DNA of 24,000 bases from assembly GCA_015523545.1 (NCBI GenBank), contig WAKB01000011.1, positions 29,732-53,731 of the forward strand, in the 5' to 3' direction. This DNA comes from Candidatus Geothermarchaeota archaeon (GTDB lineage Archaea; Thermoproteota; Nitrososphaeria; Geothermarchaeales; JDFR-13). The position numbers and the translations under genes are program-made. Below, piece by piece: positions 1 to 7,631 of this stretch (position 1 is its first letter; each line of letters starts with the position of its first letter). A model generated the notes under the pieces. That model was not told where the DNA came from and did not search any database. It saw nothing but the letters and a program-made list of their open reading frames with translations.

Positions 1-195
1 AGAGTCAGGAGTCAGGGAATAGACAATGTGACGAAAACACTGATGACATTGTCTCTCCTCGTGGCATGTGACGTGATATCACTTGATGACATCACAACCA
101 TCATACAACGTATCACATCACTCTTGGAAGAGGATATCGATCCCGAGGATATGTTTAGGATTATTAGGAAGTATCTAAAGGAGAGCTTTCAATAG
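1..195 (+). CDS. 3' end of an unidentified CDS truncated by the window edge (ends ...DMFRIIRKYLKESFQ*)
   Basis: Frame 1 is open from base 1 to TAG at 193-195, giving about 64 codons of plausible archaeal protein; no family recognised. Confidence 0.5.
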   Translation, partial: RVRSQGIDNVTKTLMTLSLLVACDVISLDDITTIIQRITSLLEEDIDPEDMFRIIRKYLKESFQ

Positions 196-312
196 TTAAG
201 AGATGAAGGGTTGGGATAATTGGACCCTCATTAGTTAATGATTCAAGGCCGTGTCTTCACATGCTGGAAATTGCAGGATCGAGATCACTGTTTATAATGA
301 TGACGTCATAAA

Positions 313-906
313 ATGTATATTGTCATGATATCACTCATGGATATTGCACTTACAGTATTCGTCATTTCAACATCACTTGTCATCATCATGATGATGAGAA
401 TGATCTCAGACACCAGGAGGCATATAGAAGGCCTTAGCTATTCTGAAATCTATTCTCTTCAACAAAGTATATCTAAGCTCAGAGAAGATCTGAGGACAGT
501 CAAGAGTAGGGTCTCACTATTGGAGGCCAAACTCTCCAACGAAAGGAGAGGAGGATATGAAACCAAGGAGCTCGTAGTAGCTACTACTCGTGAGGCAATA
601 CCCGAGCAGGTTTCCAATAATGTAAGATCTACAGAGCCCCCTGAAAGGAGGCCTAGAAGATCGGCAGCACTTTCAAAGGCAGAGGTAGAGGTCCTATCAC
701 TCCTTATGGATAGAGGTGAGGCCACATCATCGGAGTTGAGCTCGAGTCTGGGAAAGTCTAGGGAGCATATTTCCCGTGTCCTCAAGATGCTGTATAGTAA
801 GGGATATGTTGTTAGGATTGAGACATCCAAGCCCTATAGATATCGTGTAAACCCTAATAGGATGGATGAGATAAGGGGGTTACTGGGTGTAGAACATAGC
901 GGGTGA
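313..906 (+). CDS. Putative membrane-anchored coiled-coil protein with C-terminal winged-helix (MarR/ArsR-like) DNA-binding domain
   Basis: N-terminal hydrophobic segment (MDIALTVFVISTSLVIIMMMRM), charged coiled-coil middle, C-terminal LSKAEVEVLSLLMDRGEATSSELSSSLGKSREHISRVLKMLYSKGYVVRIETSKPYRYRV, which reads as a winged HTH. Confidence 0.75.
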   Translation: MYIVMISLMDIALTVFVISTSLVIIMMMRMISDTRRHIEGLSYSEIYSLQQSISKLREDLRTVKSRVSLLEAKLSNERRGGYETKELVVATTREAIPEQVSNNVRSTEPPERRPRRSAALSKAEVEVLSLLMDRGEATSSELSSSLGKSREHISRVLKMLYSKGYVVRIETSKPYRYRVNPNRMDEIRGLLGVEHSG

Positions 907-1287
907 CGCTACCCTATACCTGTAGCTCCCTCTTCTACCGATCCTCTCTATCAACCCATCATTCACAAAACGCGATAAATATGTCGATAGAGTGGACTTC
1001 GGTATCGACTCACCATACTTCATTTCATATATCTTGTATAGGTCATGCAGAGTAAAGGTGCTCATGCCGAATTCAGATATGATTATCTCGCGTACCCTAT
1101 CAACAATGAGGGTGGTATCCTTGGATCCATCCTTCTCAGGTCCGTCTTCTGCTAGATCTTTACCACCGGCGATCATATTGAGGGCCTTGAGATACATGTA
1201 AATCTTCTCAGGATCATTGCTGGGAACCTCTATCCTGATCTTTGTACCATCGTCGGCCTCGACCTCAATCTTCACTTTTCGCTTCAT
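880..1287 (-). CDS. Small protein with C-terminal winged-helix-like domain
   Basis: 135-aa ORF; FTLHDLYKIYEMKYGESIPKSTLSTYLSRFVNDGLIERIGRRGSYRYRV is wHTH-like. Adjacent to the origin candidate. Confidence 0.75.
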   Translation of the reverse strand: MKRKVKIEVEADDGTKIRIEVPSNDPEKIYMYLKALNMIAGGKDLAEDGPEKDGSKDTTLIVDRVREIIISEFGMSTFTLHDLYKIYEMKYGESIPKSTLSTYLSRFVNDGLIERIGRRGSYRYRVASPAMFYTQ

Positions 1288-1386
1288 GACTGTATATAGT
1301 GTAGATCTGTGAAGTGATAAAGGTTGTGTTAGCTAGGCCTCCTAAAAGGTTACATTTCAAGGGGAATCTGTATGGATATTCACAGG

Positions 1387-1410
1387 TTTCACTTGAAACA
1401 GAGGGGTTCC
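1387..1410 (+). promoter_or_regulatory. ORB-like element A (TTTCACTTGAAACAGAGGGGTTCC)
   Basis: Dyad-like TTTCACTTGAAAC core followed by a G-string, the layout of archaeal origin recognition boxes; shares TGAAACNGAGGGGT with element B. Confidence 0.65.
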
Positions 1411-1419
1411 AACCTTTCC

Positions 1420-1445
1420 TGTGAAAAACTGTGAAACATGTGAAA
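1420..1445 (+). repeat. Three TGTGAAA heptamers at 9-10 bp spacing (1420-1426, 1430-1436, 1439-1445)
   Basis: Direct reading: TGTGAAAAACTGTGAAACATGTGAAA. Confidence 0.8.
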
Positions 1446-1451
1446 TTCCCC

Positions 1452-1475
1452 ACCCCTCGGTTTCATCTGTTTCAA
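1452..1475 (-). promoter_or_regulatory. ORB-like element B, inverted (TTGAAACAGATGAAACCGAGGGGT)
   Basis: Reverse complement of 1452-1475; matches element A at 15/21 aligned positions, 13/14 in the core TGAAACNGAGGGGT. Confidence 0.65.
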
Positions 1476-1608
1476 TATGATAATTCATATACTGAACGTA
1501 GGAAGAGTGGATGATGTTCTAGGGATGATGATCGTACTATGTATCTAATTCCGGATGTTCACCAGTCACAGAAGAGTAAAGAACATTTGAAACACTTGAA
1601 TTGACTAG

Positions 1609-2814
1609 GTGGGAGGTGTGTCGGATGATTTCCTCGACAAGATCTTTGAGAGGGCAGTGTCTGAGAGCCCAATTTTCCGTGACAAGAAGGTTCTGTTCCA
1701 CGACTATATTCCGAATAGCCTACCGTTTAGGGATGAGGAGATTGCTCGGCTAGGTAGACTGATCTCCCCCATAATACGTGGTGAAAAGAGTTCTAACGTC
1801 TTTATCTATGGTAAGCCTGGTACGGGCAAGACCGCGGTTACGAAGTATGTACTGGGCCGGTTAAGAGACTTTCTAGAGAGGAATAGTATACCGGCCTATA
1901 TCTCATATGTCAACTGTAGGATGGCTGGAACCGAGTATAGAGTTGTCGCTAGTATCGCTTCGGATATAGGAGTTGATCTACCTTTCACAGGACTATCGGT
2001 AGAGGAAGGTATATCAAGGGTTCTTCTAAGGCTAAGGGAGGATAGGATTCCAATTATCATAGTTTTGGATGAGATAGATGTATTGGTTACTAGGTATGGT
2101 GATCAGCTTCTATACTCATTCACAAGGGCTGGATATGAAGGAGCAGATATTCCCTACATGATTATCGGGATATCTAATGACCTTAGGTTCAAGGACCTGA
2201 TGGATCCTAGGGTGCTATCTAGCCTTAGCGAAGAGGAAATCGTATTTAAACCCTACACCGCTTCTGAGCTTGAAGTAATCATCAGGGAGAGGGTGAAGCT
2301 CGCCTTTAAGCCAAATGTTGTTGAGGAAGGCAGTATCAAGTTGGCCGCAGCCCTCTCGGCCTCTGAGCATGGAGATGCTAGGAAGGCCCTCGATATCATA
2401 AGGGTTGCTGGAGAGATCGCTGAGGAGCGGGGTGACCATAAGGTTGTTGAGGAGCATGTTAGGGAGGCTTATGAGAGAATAGATGTAGAGAGGACTGCCG
2501 AGGTGATCAAGACGCTTCCCTTCCACTCAAAGATCATCCTTGTATCTCTGGTCAAGGCCGGATCAACCAATATCCAGTCCTCCAAGCTGTATACAATTTA
2601 TACTGGTTTGTGTAAGCTGGTGGGGGAGGATCCACTCTCCTATAGGAGGTTCTATAGCCTCGTCTCTGAACTAGCTGTTATGGGACTTGTGAGTAGGAGG
2701 ATATACAACTATGGACGTAGAGGTGGAAGGGTCAGTACTGTCAGGCTTCTCGTTGATAGGGAGGAACTGCTGAAATCGCTGTCCGAGGATCCGTTGATCG
2801 AGGATATTCTATAA
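1609..2814 (+). CDS. cdc6: Orc1/Cdc6 family replication initiator (AAA+ ATPase)
   Basis: Walker A GKPGTGKTAVTKYVL, Walker B IIIVLDEIDVL, sensor region ISNDLRF, C-terminal winged-helix region; GTG start is uncertain. Confidence 0.96.
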   Translation: MGGVSDDFLDKIFERAVSESPIFRDKKVLFHDYIPNSLPFRDEEIARLGRLISPIIRGEKSSNVFIYGKPGTGKTAVTKYVLGRLRDFLERNSIPAYISYVNCRMAGTEYRVVASIASDIGVDLPFTGLSVEEGISRVLLRLREDRIPIIIVLDEIDVLVTRYGDQLLYSFTRAGYEGADIPYMIIGISNDLRFKDLMDPRVLSSLSEEEIVFKPYTASELEVIIRERVKLAFKPNVVEEGSIKLAAALSASEHGDARKALDIIRVAGEIAEERGDHKVVEEHVREAYERIDVERTAEVIKTLPFHSKIILVSLVKAGSTNIQSSKLYTIYTGLCKLVGEDPLSYRRFYSLVSELAVMGLVSRRIYNYGRRGGRVSTVRLLVDREELLKSLSEDPLIEDIL

Positions 2815-2817
2815 TGC

Positions 2818-4266
2818 CTAGGCGGATAGGTCTAGGGTTAAGGGTTTTAGGTCTTCTAGATGTATGAATGCCACCTTCCCTACGTCAGGCTCTATCTTCA
2901 TCATCTTCTGGAATGTTGTCTGTTCCTGGAATGTCCCGCTGTTTATAGCAAGTACGCCGTTGATCTTCATGATTCTGAACTTATGAGTATGGCCGAAGTG
3001 TAGTAGGTCGATACTTGTGGGTAGTATCAGGCTGTCGTTTGGAGTGGGAAATACCTTTGTGTTTAGCGATAGGTTAGAGGCCACGTGGCCTGTGTTGATC
3101 ATAATCCTTGTGGCTGAGGCCACGTCATCTAGATCCACGGTAGGTGTTGATGTTAATAGGTCTTGAATATAGTCTCCATGGTAGATGTATGTATTTACAC
3201 CCTGTAAACCTATGTTTACAGGGTTTGGGAGCATGTAAACACGTGTGTCTTCATAGAGTTTTCCAGCAAATTTTTTGAATATTGGTGGCTGTGGTAAGGC
3301 GTTTCTGCTTGCGTCGTGGTTCCCGGGTATGATTATGACCTTGATCCGGCGGGGGATCTTAGATATCAGGCTATATGCATACTCGTATTGTTGCCATAGA
3401 TCGTCTATCTCCAACTCCTTCTCCTGATTCGGATATACACCTACACCATCGACAAGATCTCCGGCTATCAAGAGGGCCTTAGTCTTCCTTACGATCTCCC
3501 TAAGTAACGTGTTATCCGTCTCCCCTCTCAGTATATCTATGAATTCTAGGAAGAGCTCCTCGTTGAACTTCTTGCTCCCAACGTGAATATCCGATATAAG
3601 GGCTACATATGTATCTGCTCCTCCCGTCTGGCCTAGACTCTTCGTCTTGGGTAGATATACATCCTCTATTATCAACCGACCCTCGTTACCTACTCTGAGT
3701 TTGAGTCCAACTACGGTGTCAAGGGGAAGTCTCACCACCGTATTGTATACCTGTGGTCTTGTATTCTTGTAAACGGTTGCTGTTACCATGCCTGATAGAT
3801 CTTCAAGCTCTATTGTTACCCTATCCTCCATGACTCTCTTCGAGTATACCAAGCCGGCTACATAGACCGTTTTAATATCCTTCTTTAGGGCTATGTCGGT
3901 GAAGAGGGATGATGCTGTATAGATCTGTGATGTTCCGATGGATCTGAAGACTCTTCTCCGCAGATTCTCATACCTGCTCCTAAGTAGGTCCTGGAAAATC
4001 GCTGGATCATTTATCCTAGTGTTATCATGTTCCAAGAATATATCGATCTCAAGTTCCTCCTCCGTTTCACCAGTCTTGGTTATATATCTTTCTAGGAATG
4101 ACGTTATACTCTCCTCATCGATTATGATGCTTCCTTGTTCGAGGAGGAACTGGGTTATCCTGGCTTCGTCAAGGTCTATCTCTACGTCTTCAAACTTCTT
4201 TATGACGGTTGTAGGAACTATGTATCCCTGGCTGTTGATGTATCGAACTATCTCCTCAATCCTCAC
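2818..4266 (-). CDS. DNA polymerase D small subunit (DP1), calcineurin-like phosphodiesterase domain
   Basis: Motifs SDIHVG, GDLVDG, IPGNHD, HGDY, FGHTHKF. ORF track start at 4338 includes reverse translation of a tRNA (MGLRPAWVQIPLPAPK); start trimmed to GTG at 4266 (VRIEEIVRYIN). Confidence 0.93.
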   Translation of the reverse strand: MRIEEIVRYINSQGYIVPTTVIKKFEDVEIDLDEARITQFLLEQGSIIIDEESITSFLERYITKTGETEEELEIDIFLEHDNTRINDPAIFQDLLRSRYENLRRRVFRSIGTSQIYTASSLFTDIALKKDIKTVYVAGLVYSKRVMEDRVTIELEDLSGMVTATVYKNTRPQVYNTVVRLPLDTVVGLKLRVGNEGRLIIEDVYLPKTKSLGQTGGADTYVALISDIHVGSKKFNEELFLEFIDILRGETDNTLLREIVRKTKALLIAGDLVDGVGVYPNQEKELEIDDLWQQYEYAYSLISKIPRRIKVIIIPGNHDASRNALPQPPIFKKFAGKLYEDTRVYMLPNPVNIGLQGVNTYIYHGDYIQDLLTSTPTVDLDDVASATRIMINTGHVASNLSLNTKVFPTPNDSLILPTSIDLLHFGHTHKFRIMKINGVLAINSGTFQEQTTFQKMMKIEPDVGKVAFIHLEDLKPLTLDLSA

Positions 4267-4343
4267 CTTTAGGTGCACCTGGATCAAGTATTTTGGCGCC
4301 GGGAGTGGGATTTGAACCCACGCGGGGCGGAGCCCCATCGGCT

Positions 4344-4360
4344 GGCCCGAGCAGGGGGAT
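4344..4360 (-). other. Predicted 17-nt canonical intron in tRNA-Ser (37/38)
   Basis: Intron ATCCCCCTGCTCGGGCC; bulge-helix-bulge central helix CTCG/CGGG with 3-nt bulges AG^A and CC^A. Confidence 0.75.
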
Positions 4361-4368
4361 CTCGAGGC

Positions 4369-4382
4369 CTAGGCCGCTGCGG
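4369..4382 (-). other. Predicted 14-nt intron in tRNA-Ser (anticodon 5' stem, about position 29/30)
   Basis: Removing CCGCAGCGGCCTAG joins TCG to GC and restores anticodon stem TCGGC/GCCGA. Confidence 0.65.
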
Positions 4383-4468
4383 CGACCCCTTGGGCCACTC
4401 GGGCATCCCGGCCCATGGATTGGTGGAGGGGGTGGGATTTGAACCCACGAAGGCCTACGCCAGCGGGT

Positions 4469-4483
4469 TTCTCCTCTTTCAAC
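4469..4483 (-). other. Predicted 15-nt intron in tRNA-Leu (37/38)
   Basis: Removing GTTGAAAGAGGAGAA gives loop CTCAAGA and stem GCGGG/CCCGC. Confidence 0.75.
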
Positions 4484-4498
4484 CTTGAGCCCGCCCCC

Positions 4499-4517
4499 GA
4501 TAGCCCCCTGTAGGGGG
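4499..4517 (-). other. Probable second intron in tRNA-Leu D arm (about 19 nt, boundaries uncertain)
   Basis: Extra sequence CCCCCTACAGGGGGCTATC (internal hairpin CCCCC/GGGGG) separates CCCCTAGCCTGGCCAA from GGGG; removal gives about 85 nt before CCA. Confidence 0.55.
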
Positions 4518-4579
4518 TTGGCCAGGCTAGGGGAACCCCTCCACCAAAATCTAGATTGTATGGCTAGTCATTATATTGG

Positions 4580-4858
4580 TTAGTCTCTTATAGGCTCAAG
4601 AATCGCTACTGCCGACCATACCCACATCCTTGCGAATATGGGCATGTTGGGGTCATATGCCATGTTTTCTATGTTCTGTATGGCTGATGCTGCTCTGGCG
4701 GCTGGTGTCATGGACTCGTCGTCTAGTATGGCCATGGTCTCCTCGGCGAGTCTCCTAATGTTTCTAGGTATCTGTCTATTGTTAACTATCTTCCCAAGGA
4801 TCTCCTTAGCCTTCTTGAATCTTTCCTCGATCTCCGTCTTACTCATTCTTCTGGGCAT
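4580..4858 (-). CDS. UPF0147 family protein
   Basis: MSKTEIEERFKKAKEILGKIVNNRQIPRNIRRLAEETMAIL...WSAVAILEPIRD resembles UPF0147. GGAGGTGATC Shine-Dalgarno just upstream of the ATG at 4858 argues against the longer GTG start at 4873. Confidence 0.85.
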   Translation of the reverse strand: MPRRMSKTEIEERFKKAKEILGKIVNNRQIPRNIRRLAEETMAILDDESMTPAARAASAIQNIENMAYDPNMPIFARMWVWSAVAILEPIRD

Positions 4859-4946
4859 AGGATCACCTCCCACTATAAAGGGTTGGGGAATATGAAGATT
4901 TATAAGGCGATGAATTAGGGGTTAGGCATCATTATAATTCGGGTGG

Positions 4947-5300
4947 ATGCTAATTCTAACTGGGATGGGAGGAGAGGAGAAGCGTATAAGTAGGTTGATG
5001 AAGCAGGGATGGATCCTCACGGATCTGGAGTGTCCATCATGTGGGTCCCCACTCTTGAAGAAGGATGACAGGTATTTCTGCGCAGTCTGTGATAGGGATG
5101 TAAAGGTTGTGGATACGTTTGATGAGTATGTCGACGAGCTTGAGAGGGAGGTTAGGAATACTCTGAGGTATAGGCTGGTCAACGAGATTAGGGGTATCCT
5201 GTCTAAGGAGGAGTTGAGTAGGGAGGATCTGGCTATGCTAGAGTCTCTTGTCAGGCTTCTTAACCTTGCTAGGAAGTCTATTCACGGTAGTGATGGTTGA
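4947..5300 (+). CDS. Zinc-ribbon protein, autoantigen p27/SSSCA1-like family
   Basis: MKQGWILTDLECPSCGSPLLKKDDRYFCAVCDRDV with paired CxxC motifs; possible start at 4965. Confidence 0.8.
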   Translation: MLILTGMGGEEKRISRLMKQGWILTDLECPSCGSPLLKKDDRYFCAVCDRDVKVVDTFDEYVDELEREVRNTLRYRLVNEIRGILSKEELSREDLAMLESLVRLLNLARKSIHGSDG

Positions 5301-7500
5301 ATACCCGGTATATCCTCATGGCCAGCTCCGGTCCGATTCCATGAACCTTCATAAGATCGTTTGGAGAAGCGTTGGCTATCGCCTTTAGGGTGCCGAACTT
5401 CTCCAGTAGTCTCCTGGCCATCTTGTTGTCTATCCCGGGTATTCCGGCTAGTACATATAGCTGTATCTCTTCTAGCTGTTTAGGCTTCTTATCCATCCTT
5501 ATACGCTCCGTCTTCTCCCTGTTTCTAACTGCTCTGTTGTAGAGCACTTTTAACAGGTTGGCGGTCTCCTCCTCGTTCTCGCTGTAGTAGATAGGGATCT
5601 TGTAGTCGTTGACTATGGTTAGTATAGTACCTATTGCCGTATTTGTACCCATTGATATTAGAAGTTCCTTCTTGTCTCCCTCTAGGAGGAGTATCTTATC
5701 ATAGTCCTTCAGCGAGGATAGTTCCTTGAGTTGTGTGAACAGTCTACCCTCGTAGAGGGATCTCATGAAGTCTTTCACGGTCTTCCTCTCGATTATGGTC
5801 CTGCCAACTATGTAGTCGCCTATTTCTAGTGACTCTATCCTCACGGGTATCCTCATGGCCTCCAGTTTGTTTACGATGCTTCCCTGTTCCCTGGTATCTA
5901 CTATGACGATGTACTCATCCATCCTCTGATCACTTGATATGAAGGGGTCTAGTGTTGATGAGGTGCTCATCTGCTCCAGCTCCTTCTTAAGTTCTTTCAA
6001 CTCTCTTACCAGTCTCCTGTACCTATGTATCCCTGCATAGTATTTCTTCTCGTCCCTGGTCCCCCTAAGTATTAGGAATATGACTTTTCCATGTTGTTTA
6101 CGTCCTGTTCTACCCATACGCTGTATCCTTCTGATGACGCTTACTGGGTTGTCGTAGAAGATGACTAGGTCGACCTCCGATATGTCTAGGCCCTCCTCTC
6201 CGATGTTTGTCGCTACTAGGACTCTTATTGCTCCTGTGCTGAAGTCTTCCAGGGTCTTTATCTGTAGACTCTGCTTCATACCCTTGTTTCCATTGTTTCC
6301 CCTGCCTACCAGTACGGATGAGGGGATCCCGAGCTTTGTTGCAATTATGCTGCTCAGCTCATAGGCGTTCTCCTTTAGTGTCGTAAATACGAGTGCACGT
6401 CTAAACCTCTCCTCTGATAGTACTTTTACCAGTTTCTGGGTCTTTGGATGCGTCCTACCGTTTCGAATAAGTGAGTCTAAAAGGTAGTATGCTTCCTTGA
6501 TCTCTCGTTCATTTTTAAGGCTGAGGCCTTTCTTTGAGCTTCCAGAGTATCCCAGTAGTTCGGAGATGTATTTGTGTGCGGTTTGGTATGTATAGCTTTC
6601 TAGGTATGTTAAGAGTTTGTCTAGGAGGATGATCTCATAGAGGATCTTTCTTATCATCTTGATCCTCTTCTCCTCTGCGGCGTTAAATGGTGTTACCTTC
6701 TCGTTTAACTGTGTCCTTATCTCCTCTATCTGGTTATATGAGACCCTGGATTTGTCAATCCTCAACTCGTAAGGTTCAAGCATGAGGTTGGCCCTATCAA
6801 CGTATCTCTCCATAACTATCTTCACTAGGTTGATTATGTGTCTAAGGACAGGGTCCATCTCTATGAATATCGGTTTCACGCTATATCCGTGGAAGTACTG
6901 CTCGATCAGTGGGTCGTCGTGGGTATAGATCTCAAGGTTCTCCAGTCCTAGGTTACGTATAATCTCCATGGTCTTTGTCTTATCGCCGGGCGATGCTGTC
7001 ATGGCTAGTATTCTAGGCTTTATTGATCTTAGTCTGAGATACGTGACTATTTTTACATATGCGTAGTTACCAACTGCTCTATGGGCCTCGTCGAACACTA
7101 GAATATCGTTGTTGTTTATTGAGACTGTCCCCCTGACCAGATCGTTATAGAGTATCTGGGGAGTAGCAAAGACTATCTTCTGATTCCATAGGATCCTCCT
7201 ATTTTCAGGTCTCTGTTCACCTGTCAAGACACCTATAGTTACCCCTCCATCTAGGACTGATCTAAAGAATTTGTAGTGTTGGTGTACGAGTGGTCTTGTA
7301 GGGGCTAGGAAGAAGGCCCTCCCATCGGGGTTTTCATCCAGCCATCTAAGTATAGTTAGTAGGGCTATTACAGTTTTACCTGTTCCTGTGGGGAGGACGA
7401 GTAAAGTGTTTTTCTTAGCTGCCTTCTTAGCCAGTTCGTCCTGATAAACTCGATATTCTAGGGTGTCCTTTTTTAGAAGTGGATGGTTGAAATAGGCCAT
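5278..7500 (-). CDS. hef: Hef-type helicase-nuclease (SF2 helicase + ERCC4/XPF nuclease + HhH)
   Basis: LPTGTGKT, DEAH, TASPG, QRMGRTGR, GDYIVGRTIIERKTVKDF nuclease motif, C-terminal helix-hairpin-helix repeats. Confidence 0.96.
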   Translation of the reverse strand: MAYFNHPLLKKDTLEYRVYQDELAKKAAKKNTLLVLPTGTGKTVIALLTILRWLDENPDGRAFFLAPTRPLVHQHYKFFRSVLDGGVTIGVLTGEQRPENRRILWNQKIVFATPQILYNDLVRGTVSINNNDILVFDEAHRAVGNYAYVKIVTYLRLRSIKPRILAMTASPGDKTKTMEIIRNLGLENLEIYTHDDPLIEQYFHGYSVKPIFIEMDPVLRHIINLVKIVMERYVDRANLMLEPYELRIDKSRVSYNQIEEIRTQLNEKVTPFNAAEEKRIKMIRKILYEIILLDKLLTYLESYTYQTAHKYISELLGYSGSSKKGLSLKNEREIKEAYYLLDSLIRNGRTHPKTQKLVKVLSEERFRRALVFTTLKENAYELSSIIATKLGIPSSVLVGRGNNGNKGMKQSLQIKTLEDFSTGAIRVLVATNIGEEGLDISEVDLVIFYDNPVSVIRRIQRMGRTGRKQHGKVIFLILRGTRDEKKYYAGIHRYRRLVRELKELKKELEQMSTSSTLDPFISSDQRMDEYIVIVDTREQGSIVNKLEAMRIPVRIESLEIGDYIVGRTIIERKTVKDFMRSLYEGRLFTQLKELSSLKDYDKILLLEGDKKELLISMGTNTAIGTILTIVNDYKIPIYYSENEEETANLLKVLYNRAVRNREKTERIRMDKKPKQLEEIQLYVLAGIPGIDNKMARRLLEKFGTLKAIANASPNDLMKVHGIGPELAMRIYRVFNHHYRE

Positions 7501-7631
7501 CTCCCGTTAATCTATAGGTTGTCCATAAGTATTAGATATCCTCTCTTTCCCTCCGTAGACATTGACATTGATTATTTACACCTTACTCTTCGCCTCCTCG
7601 TAAACTGTATTCATACTATAACTATTATGGA

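Larger units (their letters stand above)
1300..1608. promoter_or_regulatory. Candidate archaeal replication origin (oriC) upstream of orc1/cdc6
   Basis: About 320-bp non-coding gap immediately upstream of orc1/cdc6 with inverted ORB-like elements, G-strings and tandem TGTGAAA motifs. Confidence 0.7.
4294..4412 (-). tRNA. tRNA-Ser(CGA), class II, best explained by two introns; CCA encoded
   Basis: Acceptor GCCGGGA/TCCCGGC-G-CCA, T arm GTGGGTTCAAATCCCAC, variable arm GGGGCTCCGCCCC. Anticodon stem TCGGC/GCCGA and loop CTCGAGA form perfectly only after removing 14 nt and 17 nt, giving an 88-nt mature tRNA with CCA. Confidence 0.85.
4421..4542 (-). tRNA. tRNA-Leu(CAA), class II, intron-containing (one canonical, one probable D-arm intron); CCA encoded
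   Basis: Acceptor GGAGGGG/CCCCTCC-A-CCA, T arm GTGGGTTCAAATCCCAC, anticodon stem GCGGG/CCCGC with loop CTCAAG^A. Confidence 0.85.

Noticed and set aside
1420-1445. Possible CRISPR-like repeat
   Set aside because: Only 7-nt units at 9-10 bp spacing; no 24-37 nt direct repeats with unique spacers here or elsewhere in the window. Better explained as origin elements.
4267-4338. N-terminal extension MGLRPAWVQIPLPAPKYLIQVHLK of the DP1 ORF
   Set aside because: Translated partly from the tRNA-Ser T arm/acceptor; the family-like sequence begins at VRIEEI (GTG at 4266).
4294-4412. Single 31-nt intron model for tRNA-Ser
   Set aside because: No single contiguous excision restores both a 5-bp anticodon stem and a T33-containing loop; the two-intron model does both.
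4273-4488. 71-aa plus-strand ORF
   Set aside because: Antisense to the two class II tRNA genes; GC-rich tRNA sequence creates a spurious ORF.
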